Origin: an uncultured SAR116 cluster alpha proteobacterium
Lineage (GTDB): Bacteria; Pseudomonadota; Alphaproteobacteria; Puniceispirillales; Marisalimonadaceae
Length of the DNA stretch: 64,000 nucleotides
Assembly (NCBI GenBank): GCA_902548635.1
Contig: CACCSH010000005.1
Coordinates: 9,398 to 73,397 of the forward strand
Direction: 5' to 3'
Shown here in pieces: positions 40,182 to 52,578 of this stretch. Numbering within the stretch: position 1 is the stretch's first letter; each line of letters opens with the position of its first letter. The notes beneath the pieces were generated by a model. That model did no database searches and was not told where the DNA came from. It was given only the letters and a program-made list of their open reading frames with translations. A program made the position numbers and the translations under genes.

Positions 40182-42029
40182 CTACTCTACTGTGACTGAC
40201 TTAGCTAAATTCCTTGGTTGATCTACGTCAGTGCCTCTTTCCTTGGCAACGTGATAAGCTAACAACTGAGCAGGAATAGACATCAATAAGGGAGACAATA
40301 AAGATTTAAATTCATTTTCAAATTCAGCTATTTCTATTGTAAAATGTGCAAAATTGGCTTTATCAATACATTTTTTATCCGCAATTAAAATAATTTTTGC
40401 TCCTCTAGAATAAGCTTCTTGTAAATTGCTAATCGCCTTGTCTTCATTACCATCTGATACTAAAAACATTATGACTGGAACATTATCTTCTATAAGTGCA
40501 ATTGGACCATGTTTCATTTCACCTGCAGCAAATCCTTCTGCATGAATATAGCTTATTTCTTTTAATTTTAATGCACCCTCCAGAGCTAGAGGATACAAAA
40601 CACCCCTACCTAGAAAAATCACACTCTTTGAATTTTTTATGTTTTTAGCAATTAATTTAATTTGATTTTCTGTTTCCAACATATTAGCAATAGCACTTGG
40701 TAACAAATTCATAAATTGACATTTTTTTTCAATTTGTGGAGTTCTCAAGTTGTTAAACTTTTTACCTAAACCAACAGCTATTAGAAATAATATTACAAGT
40801 TGGGATGTAAATGATTTTGTACTTGCAACACCTATTTCTGGTCCAACTCTAGTATACAGACTATAATCAACTTCCCTATCAATAGTACTGCCTTCTACGT
40901 TTACAATTGCATTTGTTTTGAGACCTAATTCTTTTCCATACCTCAATGCCATCAGCGTGTCTAAACTTTCACCAGATTGAGAAATGACCAACATTGAACT
41001 TTGACCAAAAATCGAGGGTTTTCTATACCTATATTCTGAAGCAAGATCAACAATGACAGGTATATCCGCAATTTGTTCAATCCAATACTTACCTACCATT
41101 CCAGCGTAATAACTTGTACCTGCAGCGCAAATAATTAAAGTTTTTTTGTTTTCAAAGCCAAATTTATCAAGATCAATTGTTATTTCTGAATTATTTTTAA
41201 CAAAACTTGATGTGGTTTGAGGTAATACTACTGGTTGTTCAAATATTTCTTTTTCCATGAAATGTTTATAACCACCTTTTGTAATCAAACCAATTTCAGC
41301 TTGAATATTGATTATTGTTCTACTCACTTTTTTTAAATTTTTATCAAAAATACTTATGTTGTTACTTCTTAATAATGCATGATCACCGTCTTCTAAATAA
41401 ATTATTCTTTGTGTTAGATGATCTATTGAATGAGCATCAGAACCAATAAAATTTGCATTATCTCCCAACCCTATTGCTAAAGGAGATGAGTTTCTTGAGA
41501 CAAATAATTGGTTTGGGAAATCTACACTCATCGCAACAAAAGCAAATGCACCTTTAATATCTTTAAGCACAAGTCTGCCTGCTTCCAAAAGATCATTGCC
41601 CATTTTAATATATTTCATAAATAAATGAGGTAACACCTCAGTATCTGTCTCACTTCTAAAATTATAACCTAGTGATATTAGTTCTTGTTTTAAACTTTCA
41701 AAGTTTTCTATTATTCCATTATGCACAACAGCTATTTTGTTCTCACTAATTAAAGGATGAGCATTTTCAAAACTTATGTTTCCGTGTGTTGCCCATCTTG
41801 TGTGACCTAAAGCTATAGAATTATCAAAATATAATTTTTCTTTCGTTGATATATCTAACTTTCCAATCAAATTTAATAGTTTGCCTTCAGATTTTATTGT
41901 TTGTAATAATCCTTGTGAAACAGAAGCAATACCTGCTGAGTCATAACCACGATATTCAAGTTTTTTTAGTCCTTCAATAACAAGTTGGCTTGCATTTTCT
42001 TTACCTAAAACAGCAACTACACCACACAT
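40182..42029 (-). CDS. glmS: Glutamine--fructose-6-phosphate aminotransferase
   Basis: MCG, LEYRGYDSAG, GHTRWATHG, HNGIIEN, ASTK, DQPRNLAKSVTVE. Confidence 0.99.
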   Translation of the reverse strand: MCGVVAVLGKENASQLVIEGLKKLEYRGYDSAGIASVSQGLLQTIKSEGKLLNLIGKLDISTKEKLYFDNSIALGHTRWATHGNISFENAHPLISENKIAVVHNGIIENFESLKQELISLGYNFRSETDTEVLPHLFMKYIKMGNDLLEAGRLVLKDIKGAFAFVAMSVDFPNQLFVSRNSSPLAIGLGDNANFIGSDAHSIDHLTQRIIYLEDGDHALLRSNNISIFDKNLKKVSRTIINIQAEIGLITKGGYKHFMEKEIFEQPVVLPQTTSSFVKNNSEITIDLDKFGFENKKTLIICAAGTSYYAGMVGKYWIEQIADIPVIVDLASEYRYRKPSIFGQSSMLVISQSGESLDTLMALRYGKELGLKTNAIVNVEGSTIDREVDYSLYTRVGPEIGVASTKSFTSQLVILFLIAVGLGKKFNNLRTPQIEKKCQFMNLLPSAIANMLETENQIKLIAKNIKNSKSVIFLGRGVLYPLALEGALKLKEISYIHAEGFAAGEMKHGPIALIEDNVPVIMFLVSDGNEDKAISNLQEAYSRGAKIILIADKKCIDKANFAHFTIEIAEFENEFKSLLSPLLMSIPAQLLAYHVAKERGTDVDQPRNLAKSVTVE

Positions 42030-42120
42030 ACTAGCCTCTTTTATAAAATAATTAATAAAGGTATAATTTTGTAAAATTTTTAAGCTTTATATTTACAATG
42101 TTAAGAGATATAACACCTTT

Positions 42121-43407
42121 ATGGATGTTTGTTCAATAATTTTAAGTGCTGGAAAAGGTAGTAGGATGTTTTCTGACATTCCTAAACCATTGCACTTAAT
42201 TTCTGGAAAAACGATGCTTGAGCGAGTAATTGACGCTAACAAGTCAGCAAACATAAAAAAATGTATAATTGTTATCCCTAAAAATTGTGAAGCATTCAAA
42301 GGGATTTGTCACGATTTTGAAACCGTAGTTCAAAAAGTACCAAAGGGAACTGGTGATGCTGTTAAAAAAGCCTCTAATTTGCTTAAAAAATTTACAGGTG
42401 TAATACTTGTATGTTTTGGAGATACACCTTTCTTAACGCCTGAAACTTTTAAGAGAGTGATAAAGGCATTTGATAATAAAACTAAACTTGTAATCACTGG
42501 CTTTAAAAAATTTGAAAAAAACAATTATGGAAAAATTATTTTCTCAAAAACAAATAAGCCTATTGAAATTATAGAGCAAAAAGATGCTGAAGTAAGAAAT
42601 ATACATTCAGAATTCTGTAATGGCGGTGTTATGGCCATTCATAGCTCAATTATAAATCAATTGGACAAAATTCAAGAAAATTCAATTAGTAAAGAGTATT
42701 ATTTAACTGATCTTGTCAATATTTTAAATAAAGAAAATAAGAAAATATCTTTTATTGAAATTAAAGAGGAGGAAATTTTAGGAATCAACAATCAAGTTGA
42801 CTTGTCAGTCGCAGAAAAAATTTCTCAAAATTTATTAAGACGAAACGCTATGTTAAAAGGTGTTAAGTTAATAGATCCTGAAACTATTTTTATCAATCAT
42901 GACACTAAATTTGGAAGAGACGTTGTGATACATCCTAATGTTGTTTTTGGCCAAAATGTTATTATTGAATCATCAGTCGAAATCAAATCTTTTTCTCATT
43001 TAGAGAAATGTAAAGTAAAATCAGGATCTATAATTGGCCCATTTGCAAGGATAAAAGAAAATAGCGTAATAGGCAAAAACTCTAAAATTGGCAATTTTGT
43101 TGAAATTAAAAAAAGTAAACTTTCAGAACATGTAAAAGTTAACCATTTATCATATGTTGGTGACAGTGAAATAGGTTCATCTACAAATATCGGAGCAGGA
43201 ACAATTACCTGTAACTATGATGGAAAACATAAACAAAAAACTAAAATTGGTAAAAACTCCTTTGTAGGATCTAACTCAACAATCATCGCTCCAATTAAAA
43301 TTGGTGAAAATGTTACAATGGGAGCGGGAAGTACTTTCGATAAAGATATACCTGATAATACGCTTTCCATTGGGAGAGCTTACCAAATAAACAAAAAGAA
43401 AAAATAA
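42121..43407 (+). CDS. glmU: Bifunctional GlmU
   Basis: LSAGKGSRM..PKPLH, GTGDAV, EYYLTD, GNFVEIK, HLSYVGD, ITCNYDG. Confidence 0.96.
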   Translation: MDVCSIILSAGKGSRMFSDIPKPLHLISGKTMLERVIDANKSANIKKCIIVIPKNCEAFKGICHDFETVVQKVPKGTGDAVKKASNLLKKFTGVILVCFGDTPFLTPETFKRVIKAFDNKTKLVITGFKKFEKNNYGKIIFSKTNKPIEIIEQKDAEVRNIHSEFCNGGVMAIHSSIINQLDKIQENSISKEYYLTDLVNILNKENKKISFIEIKEEEILGINNQVDLSVAEKISQNLLRRNAMLKGVKLIDPETIFINHDTKFGRDVVIHPNVVFGQNVIIESSVEIKSFSHLEKCKVKSGSIIGPFARIKENSVIGKNSKIGNFVEIKKSKLSEHVKVNHLSYVGDSEIGSSTNIGAGTITCNYDGKHKQKTKIGKNSFVGSNSTIIAPIKIGENVTMGAGSTFDKDIPDNTLSIGRAYQINKKKK

Positions 43408-43420
43408 TAAGAGCGACAGG

Positions 43421-44221
43421 TTAATAACCTCGATCAGATAACCTATTATGCTTAAACAAACCAGGTGCTAATAAGATTTTGAAATTATTTTCTGACCACC
43501 AATTGCTATTTAATTCAATTTCTATATTTTTAAAGCCATTAATATGTTTCGTTGATTTAGTTTCTTCTGCTCTTTTAATGATAATTCTTAAATAACTATC
43601 ACGATCAACTAAAATCGCTAAATTAGCCCAATTTAGAGTAGAGCTTGGTATTAAATAAAACCCATTTGTTAGTTTTTTTATATATTTGGGATGACGAAAT
43701 TCTGGATTTTGAATTGAGTATATTGAAGTTCCGATTAATTTTTTTGCCTTTTCTGGTCTAAAAAGTCTTTTAATAGAACAAAATAAATGATTCGACCAAT
43801 ATTTTTGGTATTTCACTAAACCTACAAAAGGTTCTCCAGGATCGAACCTACTTCTTAATCTTACTTGAATTGCATTATGTTTATAAAGATTATCAATTGA
43901 TTTTTGAATTTGATTAAATGTAGTTTTTGTATTCTCAATTAATTCTAGATCATTTTCTAATAACAATATTGGTCCTTTGGGCATTTGTTTTGCCAATTCT
44001 TTGAATCCTCCAAGAATTCCAATATTTTCTCTGATTAAAATAGGCTTATAATTAAACTTGTTAGCTATTTTAATTCCTTCTTCGTTATATTCAGGTAAAC
44101 AAATAAACTTTTTATTTGTTAATTGTGACAGACCATTTTTTTCGTAAGAAATAAGTGAGTTATTTAAACTCTTGTATCCTTTCCAACTCAAAATACCTAT
44201 TGAAAATTGTAAACCACCCAT
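43421..44221 (-). CDS. Hypothetical protein, possible GT-A-fold glycosyltransferase
   Basis: SIGILSWK, ENIGI, LLLEND (DxD-like), GLFKH. Confidence 0.55.
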   Translation of the reverse strand: MGGLQFSIGILSWKGYKSLNNSLISYEKNGLSQLTNKKFICLPEYNEEGIKIANKFNYKPILIRENIGILGGFKELAKQMPKGPILLLENDLELIENTKTTFNQIQKSIDNLYKHNAIQVRLRSRFDPGEPFVGLVKYQKYWSNHLFCSIKRLFRPEKAKKLIGTSIYSIQNPEFRHPKYIKKLTNGFYLIPSSTLNWANLAILVDRDSYLRIIIKRAEETKSTKHINGFKNIEIELNSNWWSENNFKILLAPGLFKHNRLSDRGY

Positions 44222-44228
44222 TTAATAA

Positions 44229-45224
44229 TTAACGAAATTGTACTTTAATTTCATCATCCTCCAATATTCTCGCTTCAAATTCTCTCAATCGTTTGTAAAC
44301 ACTCGCTAACTCTATAATAGTTGGCCAAGCCTTTAATAAATATTGCATCGATCCCTCCACTCTTCCAAAGGCTCTAATAATTTGCTGCATTACACCAAGA
44401 GTTACTACACCTGCGACAATAGCAGGTGCTAGAAACACATATGCAGATAAAACATTTGCCTGTAAATATGCCATCCGACCAACATTAAAATATAAATAAC
44501 GAATATAACTCAAAAAATGAATTGATCTAACATCATCAAATAATTCTTCTATTTTTTTTGGTCGAACAGAACCGTCATCTTCGGCTATAACTAGCAATTT
44601 TCTGTAGGCGGCTTCTTTTTTTTGAAGATCATACTCTACACCAACTAATCGTAATATCCAACCAAGAGCTATTAAAAAAATAGTACCGCCTAATGTCCAT
44701 AACAATGCACCAGTAATTAACCCGTATTGCCAATCTCCAAAAAAATAAATTGGTATCCCTACTGAAAGACCTAACAATATTGGAATAAATTGAAATAGTA
44801 CCATCATTGATTCTATTAAACTTGTTCCCAAAGATTCCATTATGCGTGAAAATTTAATTGTATCTTCCTGAACTCTTTGAGCAGCACCTTCTATCTTGCT
44901 AGCTTTTTCATAAACTGAATGATACCACTCAACCATTGCTGCTCTCCATCTAAATAAGTAATGAGCTGTAAAAAAACTTATCACTACATAAACAGCAACA
45001 TATAAACCTGCTAAAGATATAAATGAAAATAAACTTTCCCAATATTCTTCTATTGTGATTGCGTTTGGTTTTGCTAACGCTTTTTGTATCATATCATAAA
45101 ATTTTCCAAACCATTCGTTTATCTTTACATCAATTTTAACTTGAACCCATAAGGATGACAAAATAACAAATGACCCTAACCAAGACCAAAGAAGCCATTT
45201 TCTAATTACGAAAAATCTAAACAT
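44229..45224 (-). CDS. SbmA/BacA-family peptide transporter
   Basis: INEWFGKFYDMIQKAL, FRWR, IEGAAQRVQEDT, EAAYRK, ELASVYKRLREFE. Confidence 0.9.
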   Translation of the reverse strand: MFRFFVIRKWLLWSWLGSFVILSSLWVQVKIDVKINEWFGKFYDMIQKALAKPNAITIEEYWESLFSFISLAGLYVAVYVVISFFTAHYLFRWRAAMVEWYHSVYEKASKIEGAAQRVQEDTIKFSRIMESLGTSLIESMMVLFQFIPILLGLSVGIPIYFFGDWQYGLITGALLWTLGGTIFLIALGWILRLVGVEYDLQKKEAAYRKLLVIAEDDGSVRPKKIEELFDDVRSIHFLSYIRYLYFNVGRMAYLQANVLSAYVFLAPAIVAGVVTLGVMQQIIRAFGRVEGSMQYLLKAWPTIIELASVYKRLREFEARILEDDEIKVQFR

Positions 45225-45252
45225 TTTCTTCCTTACAATAAAATACTATTTA

Positions 45253-46377
45253 TTACACTTTTTTATCGTGTATATTTATACTTAATACGATCCCCACACC
45301 AATTAATACTGTTAACAAAGAAGTTCCTCCATAACTTACTAAAGGTAATGGTGCACCCACGACTGGAAGTAAACCACATACCATACCTATGTTTAAACTT
45401 AAATAAAGAAAAATTAAAAAACCTACACCAAACACCACTACTTTGGAAAAAAGACTTTCAACTTTAAAAGAAATTTTCATAATTGATGCAATCAACAAAC
45501 AAAATACTAAAATAATGGAAATTGATCCCAAAAAACCCAACTCTTCTGAAATTAGAGTAAAGATAAAATCCGTATGTTTTTCAGGTAAATAATTAAGTCT
45601 ACTTTGGGTTCCCAATAAATATCCTTTTCCAAATAAACCACCAGAACCTATTGCAATTTTTGATTGTATTATTTGATAGCCACTCCCTAAACTATCCATT
45701 TCTGGATTTAGAAAAACTAAAATTCTATTTTTTTGATATTCATATAATTGTTGCCAAATAAAAGGGATCGACGAAATTGATATTAATATAGAGAAAATTA
45801 CGAATTTCATTGATATCCCTACAAAGAATAATATAGAAAGTCCAAGTAAAATTATTGTTAAGCCAGTTCCTAAGTCGGGTTGAGAAATTACTAAAAAACC
45901 TGGTATCATAATAATTAAAATTGGAATAATATACGGTATAAGTTTGTTAAGTTGTATCTTTGAAATATGGTCAAAGTATTTTGCAAGAGTTAAAATTAGC
46001 GCTAATTTCATAATTTCAGAGGGTTGGAAATTTATACTACCAAAAGATATCCATCTTTGTACGCTTCCTGAACCTATAATTTTAACTAAGATTAGCGCAA
46101 AGATACCTAAAATAAACGATAAAACACTATACTTCATAAAAAATTGGGATGGAATAAACGCAATAACAAACATTAAACAAAATCCAAAAAATAATCTTAT
46201 CAAATGGTTTCTTGCCCAAGGATACCAATCACTACCTGCAGCAGAGTATAATGATGCCACCCCAACTAATCCTAAAAAAATCAAACAAAATATAATTATC
46301 CAATTTATTTTTAATAATTTTGAAAAAAAAACAGTAATGATAGACTCAGAGGAAAATTTATTGGTATTCCTATTCAT
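45253..46377 (-). CDS. rodA: Rod shape-determining protein RodA
   Basis: QPSEIMK, QPDLGT, GYQIIQSKIAIGSGG, PEKHTDFIF, SYGGTS; follows mrdA. Confidence 0.95.
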   Translation of the reverse strand: MNRNTNKFSSESIITVFFSKLLKINWIIIFCLIFLGLVGVASLYSAAGSDWYPWARNHLIRLFFGFCLMFVIAFIPSQFFMKYSVLSFILGIFALILVKIIGSGSVQRWISFGSINFQPSEIMKLALILTLAKYFDHISKIQLNKLIPYIIPILIIMIPGFLVISQPDLGTGLTIILLGLSILFFVGISMKFVIFSILISISSIPFIWQQLYEYQKNRILVFLNPEMDSLGSGYQIIQSKIAIGSGGLFGKGYLLGTQSRLNYLPEKHTDFIFTLISEELGFLGSISIILVFCLLIASIMKISFKVESLFSKVVVFGVGFLIFLYLSLNIGMVCGLLPVVGAPLPLVSYGGTSLLTVLIGVGIVLSINIHDKKV

Positions 46378-46394
46378 AATATTTATTTACTTTT

Positions 46395-48314
46395 CTATAA
46401 TTTAAATAAATGTTTAAAGACATCCCTTGCAATTGGTGCCGCAACTGACGAACCACTACCTCCATGTTCAACTACTACACTTATAGCATATCTAGGATTA
46501 ATGGTAGGAGCATATCCTACAAATAAAGCGTGATCTCTTTTTTCCCATGGTCGGTCTTCATTTTTAATTAACCCCTGTTCTCTTTCCAACTCAGTAATTC
46601 TAACAACTTGAACCGTACCTGTTTTACCAGCCATCTCTATATTTTTAGATCCAATTTTATAATTTCTTGCAGTTCCTTTTTTTCCGACAACCACCTTTTC
46701 CATTGCTCTTTTAATAAAATGTAAATGTTCATTATTAATATTCAGCACTTTAAATTTTTTATTTTCTGAGGACATTGTTAAAGAAGGATTCACTGAAAAT
46801 TTACCATTTGCAATTCTAGAGACCATAGTCACCAGTTGAAGAGGTGTTGTTAGTATATAACCCTGACCAATTGAGGCATTTAGAGTTTCACCTAAAGACC
46901 AATTTAATCCGTCTCGTTTCAGCTTCCATTCAATATTTGGAACAACACCCTTAGCTCTGTCATGAATCTGAATATCATAGTACTGGCCTAAACCTAGTTT
47001 TTTCATCATAAGAGCTATTTTATCAATTCCAACCTTTAATCCTAACTCATAAAAAAAAACATCACACGATTGTTCAATTGCTTCCATTAAATTCAGATTT
47101 CCATGTCCATCTTTTGCCCAACAGTGAAATTTACTAGTGCCTAACTCCTTTGATCCATTACAAAAAAATCTAGTTTTATAATCTATAATACCACTTTCCA
47201 AAGCAGCCAAAGCAACTGCCATCTTAATTGTAGAACCGGGTGGATATACACCTGCCATGCTTCTGTTTAAAAGAGGAGATCTAGAGTTGTTTTTGACGTA
47301 ATTCCAATCATCAACTTCTAGGTCCGTTGAAAAAATATTTGGATCAAAGCCAGGTGAAGAAACAGAACAAAGAATTTCTCCATTATTAATATCCATAACA
47401 ATTAAAGAGCCAGAATGAGGATTGACAACCTTTTTTTTCTTATTTATGTAGACACTATTGTCACTTACATATCTAAAATTTTTTAGTTTGCTGATTTGAT
47501 TTTCTATATTCTTGTTGTCAACAGAAACTAAGTCATAATTACCCCTTTGAAGCCTCTCAAGAGCAAAGGCTTGAAGCTTCATGTCTAGAGATGCTCGTAT
47601 ATCTAAACCTGGCTTTGTGTTTTCATAAATCTGTGAGTCAATTACATAGCCCTTAGATGTTACTTCATTTCTCTTTCTACCAAATTCACCTCTTAATTGA
47701 GCATCAAAAAACTTTTCTAGCCCTCTTCTACCTACATCTATCCCATGTAGAGCCGTACTTTCAATATTTTTAGAATAGGGACCAGTATAGCCTGTTATGT
47801 GGCCTGCAATTATACCTTGTGGATACACTCGTCTTTTAGACATCGAAAAACTTATCTCTGGAAACTCAATAATTCTAACAGCTAACTTTGCTACATCTTT
47901 TTGAGACAAATTTTTGGTAATTAGGATTTGCTTTGGAAAATTATTTTTCTGATATCTGATTTTACTATAAAAATTATTAATATCTTTTTCATTTAAAATA
48001 ATAATTGCAGATATATTTTTTATAATTTGATGAACATTTAAGTATTTATTCCAATTCAAAACAAGAGAAAATCCATCCATATTTCCTGCTAGAAGTCTCA
48101 TTTTTCTATCTAGTATTCTTCCTCTTTCAGGCGCTATGATTCTATAATTAAATTGATTTTTGTCAGAAAGTTTTTCATATTTCCTATTTTCCACTAATTG
48201 CAGGTCAAATAATTTCCAGCCTATTGTTCCAATAATTGAACCTTTAAGCAAAGAAAGGAATAAAAATCTTCTAGAAACTGTTTGCTCTAATTTTTTTTGG
48301 CTTTTATTTTTCAT
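46395..48314 (-). CDS. mrdA: Penicillin-binding protein 2
   Basis: PERGRILDR, PPGSTIK (SxxK), SCD, GKTGT. Confidence 0.95.
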   Translation of the reverse strand: MKNKSQKKLEQTVSRRFLFLSLLKGSIIGTIGWKLFDLQLVENRKYEKLSDKNQFNYRIIAPERGRILDRKMRLLAGNMDGFSLVLNWNKYLNVHQIIKNISAIIILNEKDINNFYSKIRYQKNNFPKQILITKNLSQKDVAKLAVRIIEFPEISFSMSKRRVYPQGIIAGHITGYTGPYSKNIESTALHGIDVGRRGLEKFFDAQLRGEFGRKRNEVTSKGYVIDSQIYENTKPGLDIRASLDMKLQAFALERLQRGNYDLVSVDNKNIENQISKLKNFRYVSDNSVYINKKKKVVNPHSGSLIVMDINNGEILCSVSSPGFDPNIFSTDLEVDDWNYVKNNSRSPLLNRSMAGVYPPGSTIKMAVALAALESGIIDYKTRFFCNGSKELGTSKFHCWAKDGHGNLNLMEAIEQSCDVFFYELGLKVGIDKIALMMKKLGLGQYYDIQIHDRAKGVVPNIEWKLKRDGLNWSLGETLNASIGQGYILTTPLQLVTMVSRIANGKFSVNPSLTMSSENKKFKVLNINNEHLHFIKRAMEKVVVGKKGTARNYKIGSKNIEMAGKTGTVQVVRITELEREQGLIKNEDRPWEKRDHALFVGYAPTINPRYAISVVVEHGGSGSSVAAPIARDVFKHLFKL

Positions 48315-48317
48315 ATT

Positions 48318-48842
48318 TTAACTTTTTAATAATCTTTTAATAAAAAATATAAAATTAATACTTAAATTTATAATGGGGAAAAATATCAAAGTCGTTCCAA
48401 CATAATAAAATACCGGGCTTAAGTCAGGAAGAGAAGAATTAAGAAGGATATTTATAAAAAAAACTATGCAAAAAGATGCCAAGAATGTCACTGTAAAAGA
48501 TATCCAATCTTGTTGGTCATTTTTATTAAAATTGTCAAAAAGTAAACTTTCGCTAAAAAATTTAATTAAAAGTAGAAAAATTGGCGTAGTACCTAAATTA
48601 CTGCCCATTATAATGTCGTTGATAAAACCTACTAGAAATAGAATAAAATAAGAAGGAACCAAATTTAGTTTTTTTATGAAAATATAAATTATAATAGAAA
48701 TCAAACTTGGAGTTGCTATTTTAAATAGTGAAAAGAAACTTAATGATTTTTCAAAATTTATTATGAAAAACAAAAAGATTAAATATATAAAATTTTTAGA
48801 AAATACATTTAAAATATGGGCAATTATATAATTTTTAATCAA
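48318..48842 (-). CDS. mreD: Rod shape-determining protein MreD (divergent)
   Basis: Hydrophobic, FLVGFINDIIMGSNLG; between mreC and mrdA. Confidence 0.75.
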   Translation of the reverse strand: MIKNYIIAHILNVFSKNFIYLIFLFFIINFEKSLSFFSLFKIATPSLISIIIYIFIKKLNLVPSYFILFLVGFINDIIMGSNLGTTPIFLLLIKFFSESLLFDNFNKNDQQDWISFTVTFLASFCIVFFINILLNSSLPDLSPVFYYVGTTLIFFPIINLSINFIFFIKRLLKS

Positions 48843-49774
48843 TCTTCTATTCTTTCTATTTTTCTTGTACCACTGGAGTCTAAACCTTTAAGAACTGGTG
48901 TTTTTTTTGGTTTTTGTAAAGGTGCAAAACCTTGGAAGCCATCCAAAACAGCTATATTTTTTTTTTGATTAGTAACTATAGAAATATATGTCAGTCTATG
49001 AAAATCTACCGCAGGTCTGACAAAATACGTCCCTGAAAAGCTTTTAAATATCTTTCCTACATTTATTCCTGGAGGTAATCTTCCACCATGTCCAGATGTC
49101 TCAACCACTTCACCATCTATTGGCTTAGCATCAGACGAGAGAAATTTAATTATTAAAAGATTACCATTTTGTCCCTGGGCTACCGCTGGCCAATTACTTT
49201 CTGTCAAATAAATAGGTATCATCGAATTAATGTCTATAGTTAAAAGAACTCTACTGGTTTTTAAGCCTACATTTACAACATAACCAACGAAGCCATATGA
49301 GGAAATAGCAGGTTGGCCAATTTTTATGCCATAATCTTTACCTGCATTAATTAATACTGTGTTAGCAAAAATACCTCCTGGTGCTGTAATAGCTCGACCA
49401 GTAACAATGTTATTTTTATTTTTAGGTAAAACTTTTAATAGTTCTCTTAATTCAAATAGTTCTAGTTCTTGACTTGCAATTTTACTATTCAGTACCTTAA
49501 TTCTTCTTAATTCGCTTTTTAATCTAATATTTTCGTCTCTTAAAGAACTAGCTGATTTAACATCTTCAAGAACTCCGGCTATTTCTTTAACTGGTTTGTT
49601 GAAAGCATAGGTAACTGGTGCCAAAAAATCAGAAAAAAAAGATTTAATATTCCTAACAGCTACAAGATCTAATTTACCTAAAAATACAAGTGTTAGACAT
49701 AAAAAAACTAAAAATAAGTTAAAGTTTTTTCTACCTTTTAATATTTTTACTTGTGACGGCTTACCTGAAACCAT
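48839..49774 (-). CDS. mreC: Rod shape-determining protein MreC
   Basis: TM + coiled coil (ENIRLK), INAG, SRVLL, TSGHGG. Confidence 0.92.
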   Translation of the reverse strand: MVSGKPSQVKILKGRKNFNLFLVFLCLTLVFLGKLDLVAVRNIKSFFSDFLAPVTYAFNKPVKEIAGVLEDVKSASSLRDENIRLKSELRRIKVLNSKIASQELELFELRELLKVLPKNKNNIVTGRAITAPGGIFANTVLINAGKDYGIKIGQPAISSYGFVGYVVNVGLKTSRVLLTIDINSMIPIYLTESNWPAVAQGQNGNLLIIKFLSSDAKPIDGEVVETSGHGGRLPPGINVGKIFKSFSGTYFVRPAVDFHRLTYISIVTNQKKNIAVLDGFQGFAPLQKPKKTPVLKGLDSSGTRKIERIED

Positions 49775-49808
49775 CTTTTCTCACTCATTAATAATATTTA
49801 AATTGAAA

Positions 49809-50867
<1,059 letters not shown>

Positions 50868-50939
50868 TTAAAAGCTTATTTGTTTAATTAGAATTAACCT
50901 ACTTTTGATTAATATCTTATATTTGAAAATTAATAAATA

Positions 50940-52001
<1,062 letters not shown>

Positions 52002-52016
52002 TTAATATCAGTTAAG

Positions 52017-52568
52017 TTAAATTTGTTCTAGTAATTTTGTTTCCGTTTTATTTCCTCTTGAAATAGCTGAAACTCCAGTTCTAGAAATTTCTGTATCACC
52101 TAATGATCGCATTAATTCTATAAAGGCGTCTATCTTGGAAGGCTTACCAGTCAATTCAAAAACAAAACTGGATAAAGTTACATCTAATGTTCTTGCTCTA
52201 AATGTTTCTGCCACTCTTAAGGCTTCAACCCTATTGGCACCTTTTATAACAACCTTAATTAAGGCCAATTCACTCTTGATAAATGGACCTTCAAGTGTTA
52301 AATCTCGAACTATATGAACAGGTACAATTCTTAATAATTGAGACTTTATTTGTTCAATAGTCATAGAAGTTCCTCTTGTTACAAGTGAAATTCTAGATAA
52401 ATTACGCGCATTATCTATTTCCGTAACAGTAAGGCTTTCAATATTATAACCTCTCCCTGAAAATAGGCCGATTACTCTAGCTAACGTTCCTGGTTGGTTA
52501 TCAACAACAAGTGATAATGTTCTTGAAGTTTCTTCCTCTTTGATTTCATTATTTTGATATACTGACAT
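52017..52568 (-). CDS. ilvH: Acetolactate synthase small subunit
   Basis: VDNQPGTLARVIGLFSGRGYNIESL ACT domain. Confidence 0.95.
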   Translation of the reverse strand: MSVYQNNEIKEEETSRTLSLVVDNQPGTLARVIGLFSGRGYNIESLTVTEIDNARNLSRISLVTRGTSMTIEQIKSQLLRIVPVHIVRDLTLEGPFIKSELALIKVVIKGANRVEALRVAETFRARTLDVTLSSFVFELTGKPSKIDAFIELMRSLGDTEISRTGVSAISRGNKTETKLLEQI

Positions 52569-52578
52569 ATTAAATACC

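Larger units (their letters stand above)
38738..40193 (-). mobile_element. Putative 1456-bp non-autonomous cassette integrated in the glmS 3' end
   Basis: Bounded by two SVTVE* tails and perfect 14-bp IRs; excision rebuilds a symmetric 14+14+AC+14+14 site; no integrase inside. Confidence 0.7.

Noticed and set aside
40100-40230. Tn7 insertion at attTn7 downstream of glmS
   Set aside because: No tns genes, no TGT...ACA ends or TnsB-site repeats, no 5-bp target duplication seen; the glmS tail itself is duplicated, which Tn7 does not do.
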